This document shows, one piece after another, positions 62,211 through 64,000 of a stretch of 64,000 nucleotides of DNA. The translations under genes were made by a program, and so were the position numbers. Where the stretch lies: NCBI RefSeq assembly GCF_016432865.1, contig NC_067403.1, positions 248,310,001 to 248,374,000 of the forward strand, written 5' to 3'. Position 1 is the stretch's first letter. Every line of letters starts with the position of its first letter. The stretch comes from Antechinus flavipes (Eukaryota). The notes beneath the pieces are model-generated. The model was not told where the DNA came from. It worked only from the letters and a program-made list of their open reading frames with translations, and searched no databases.

Positions 62211-64000
62211 CCATCTTATTTAATCCTAATAACAATCCTGCAAGACAGGAGCTATTATTGTTCTCATTTTATAGCTGAAGAAACTTGGGCTGAGGACTTT
62301 TAAGGGTCAGATCCCTAGTTAATAACTATGGCAGCATTCAAACTCAGTTCTTGATTTCAATTCCAGATCTCTACATTAAATATGATCAAATGGCTTATGA
62401 ATCATAAACTCTTTGAAGATAGATTACCTTATTTTATGTATTTGTTTTCTTATGATAAGCAGAGAATTCAGTGCAAAATAAATATTTATTAAAAGTGGTT
62501 CTATTCATTCATCTTCTAGGAAATAAATATGCTAAGAGATGGGAAATCAAAAATAAAAAGTCATTGATTATGCCTATCACTGAGGTTATAAAGAAAAAAC
62601 AGTAAGAAACATAATGATCTTGTTAGATTAATGCAAAAGGATATTAATTTTTAAATATGCCTGAATATTATTACAATTTCACATTCCATTTCAAATTTAT
62701 TGGTGGAGTGGTAAAGTTTATTTTTTTTTCATACTTTTCAACCCCCATTCATAATGGTCATAATTTGGAAAGGTGAATAAAAATTTACATATTTGCTATA
62801 ACTCATTATGGTCCCAGATATCTGGCAGTAATAATACCATGTGAATACAAGAACAGGTACCAAACGTCCCATGGAAATTGTTGAGAGGGATAAAATGAGG
62901 GAATCATAGAGTCTTAGAAGCGAGGAGCTCTCAGAAATCATGAAATCCAATCCATGTCCCAAAAGGAATATTCTTTCTAATACCCCAAGCAAGTTGATTC
63001 CCCCATTGAAATTTTAAAGTGAAAGAGAATTCTTCTGCCAAATATAAATTACTTCATTTCTAATTTCCCTCCATCCCACAATCATGTAAATTTTCATTCT
63101 CCAAGATGAATATATTCATTTGGAGCAAATAATTTCTCAATATACTCATGTATGTCATTACATTTTTTTCCCCAAAGTCCTACTATTGACTGGTATTATA
63201 ATATCTGTCCATTAAAACCCACTGAACTTTTAAAAATGAACTATGCCTTTTTTATAGTGACCCATTATTAATTGTTTCAAGGCACAAATAATCGAGATCC
63301 TAAAGGGAGAAAGTAGAGTCAAAATAGTAGAAGAAACATTAAAAACCTACTTTGTATCCAACTGAAATTTCTTGGCTAACATGGACCGTGTTTAAATTTA
63401 GAAAATGACTTAAGAGGGTTTTTTTTCTCTTTTTCATTAACTCATTATTATATAAAAATCTATGATAGAAAGAAATGGAGGCAGAAAGTTCCAAGCAAAT
63501 CAATTTATTAGCAAGGCTAGCAATTATGAATTAAAGGAATCCAAGGCTTTTCTTTAGTCCAGGATACATTTGACAATCAGAGATGCTTTTTTATAGAGTT
63601 AGGTCCTTAAGATTCAGAAGCAGTCCTATGATGCAAAATAAAATGAGTCACAGACACAGAGGAATGATGGACTTTGCTTGGCTTGTCTCAAAGCAGGAAC
63701 TTCCACAACCAAGAGCAACAAGGATTTAAAATTCATTTAACATCCCTTAGAAAGTCTCAGACTAGACAAACATCATATGAACAGCATGATTCATCTCTGT
63801 CAATGGTAAAAATATAAGAAACTTGAATTTTTACCATTGGACTTAAGCCCATATGAATAGAATAAATTCTTTTAAATTTTACTGATTCGGCTAACACAAT
63901 TTTCTAAATTTGATCCACCAGATTAATTCCAGTGACTGGATACAATTATCAATCAAGAATTAATAAAGTTCAAAATAAAGTAGGTATCAGTTTTCAATTT
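62211..64000 (+). repeat. Segmental duplication copy 2 (partner 40522-42596), runs off the right edge
   Basis: ccatcttatttaatcctaataacaatcc through tatcagttttcaattt. Confidence 0.95.

Overview
AT-rich marsupial genomic DNA, probably dasyurid judging by the L1 3'UTRs, WSINE1-like SINEs and LTR families. The window is a tandem class II olfactory receptor array (OR5B-like). It holds five intact minus-strand single-coding-exon genes (1335-2267, 16257-17189, 32366-33301, 43907-44827, 52157-53074), two 5'-truncated pseudogenes and three C-terminal OR stubs. Each intact gene has a paralogous upstream block with conserved splice signals and a conserved EBF(O/E)-like + NFI half-site + homeodomain cassette 2.5-6 kb from the ATG. 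The array is interleaved with L1s (two with clear TSDs), CORE-SINEs, L2/L3 relics and at least five ERV2 (betaretrovirus-like) LTRs. At the right end is a nested ERV-in-ERV whose pol is joined by a deletion to the 5' half of an L1. A recent ~2 kb duplication starts at that L1's 5' end. I found no convincing new protein-coding system. The best leads are regulatory (promoter cassette, conserved overlapping uORF, LTRs next to one OR promoter), evolutionary (mosaic receptors, A/B alternation, L1-ERV junction) and an unidentified ~1 kb coding-like element present in two copies. All alignments and repeat-family names come from reading by eye and memory, not from database searches.
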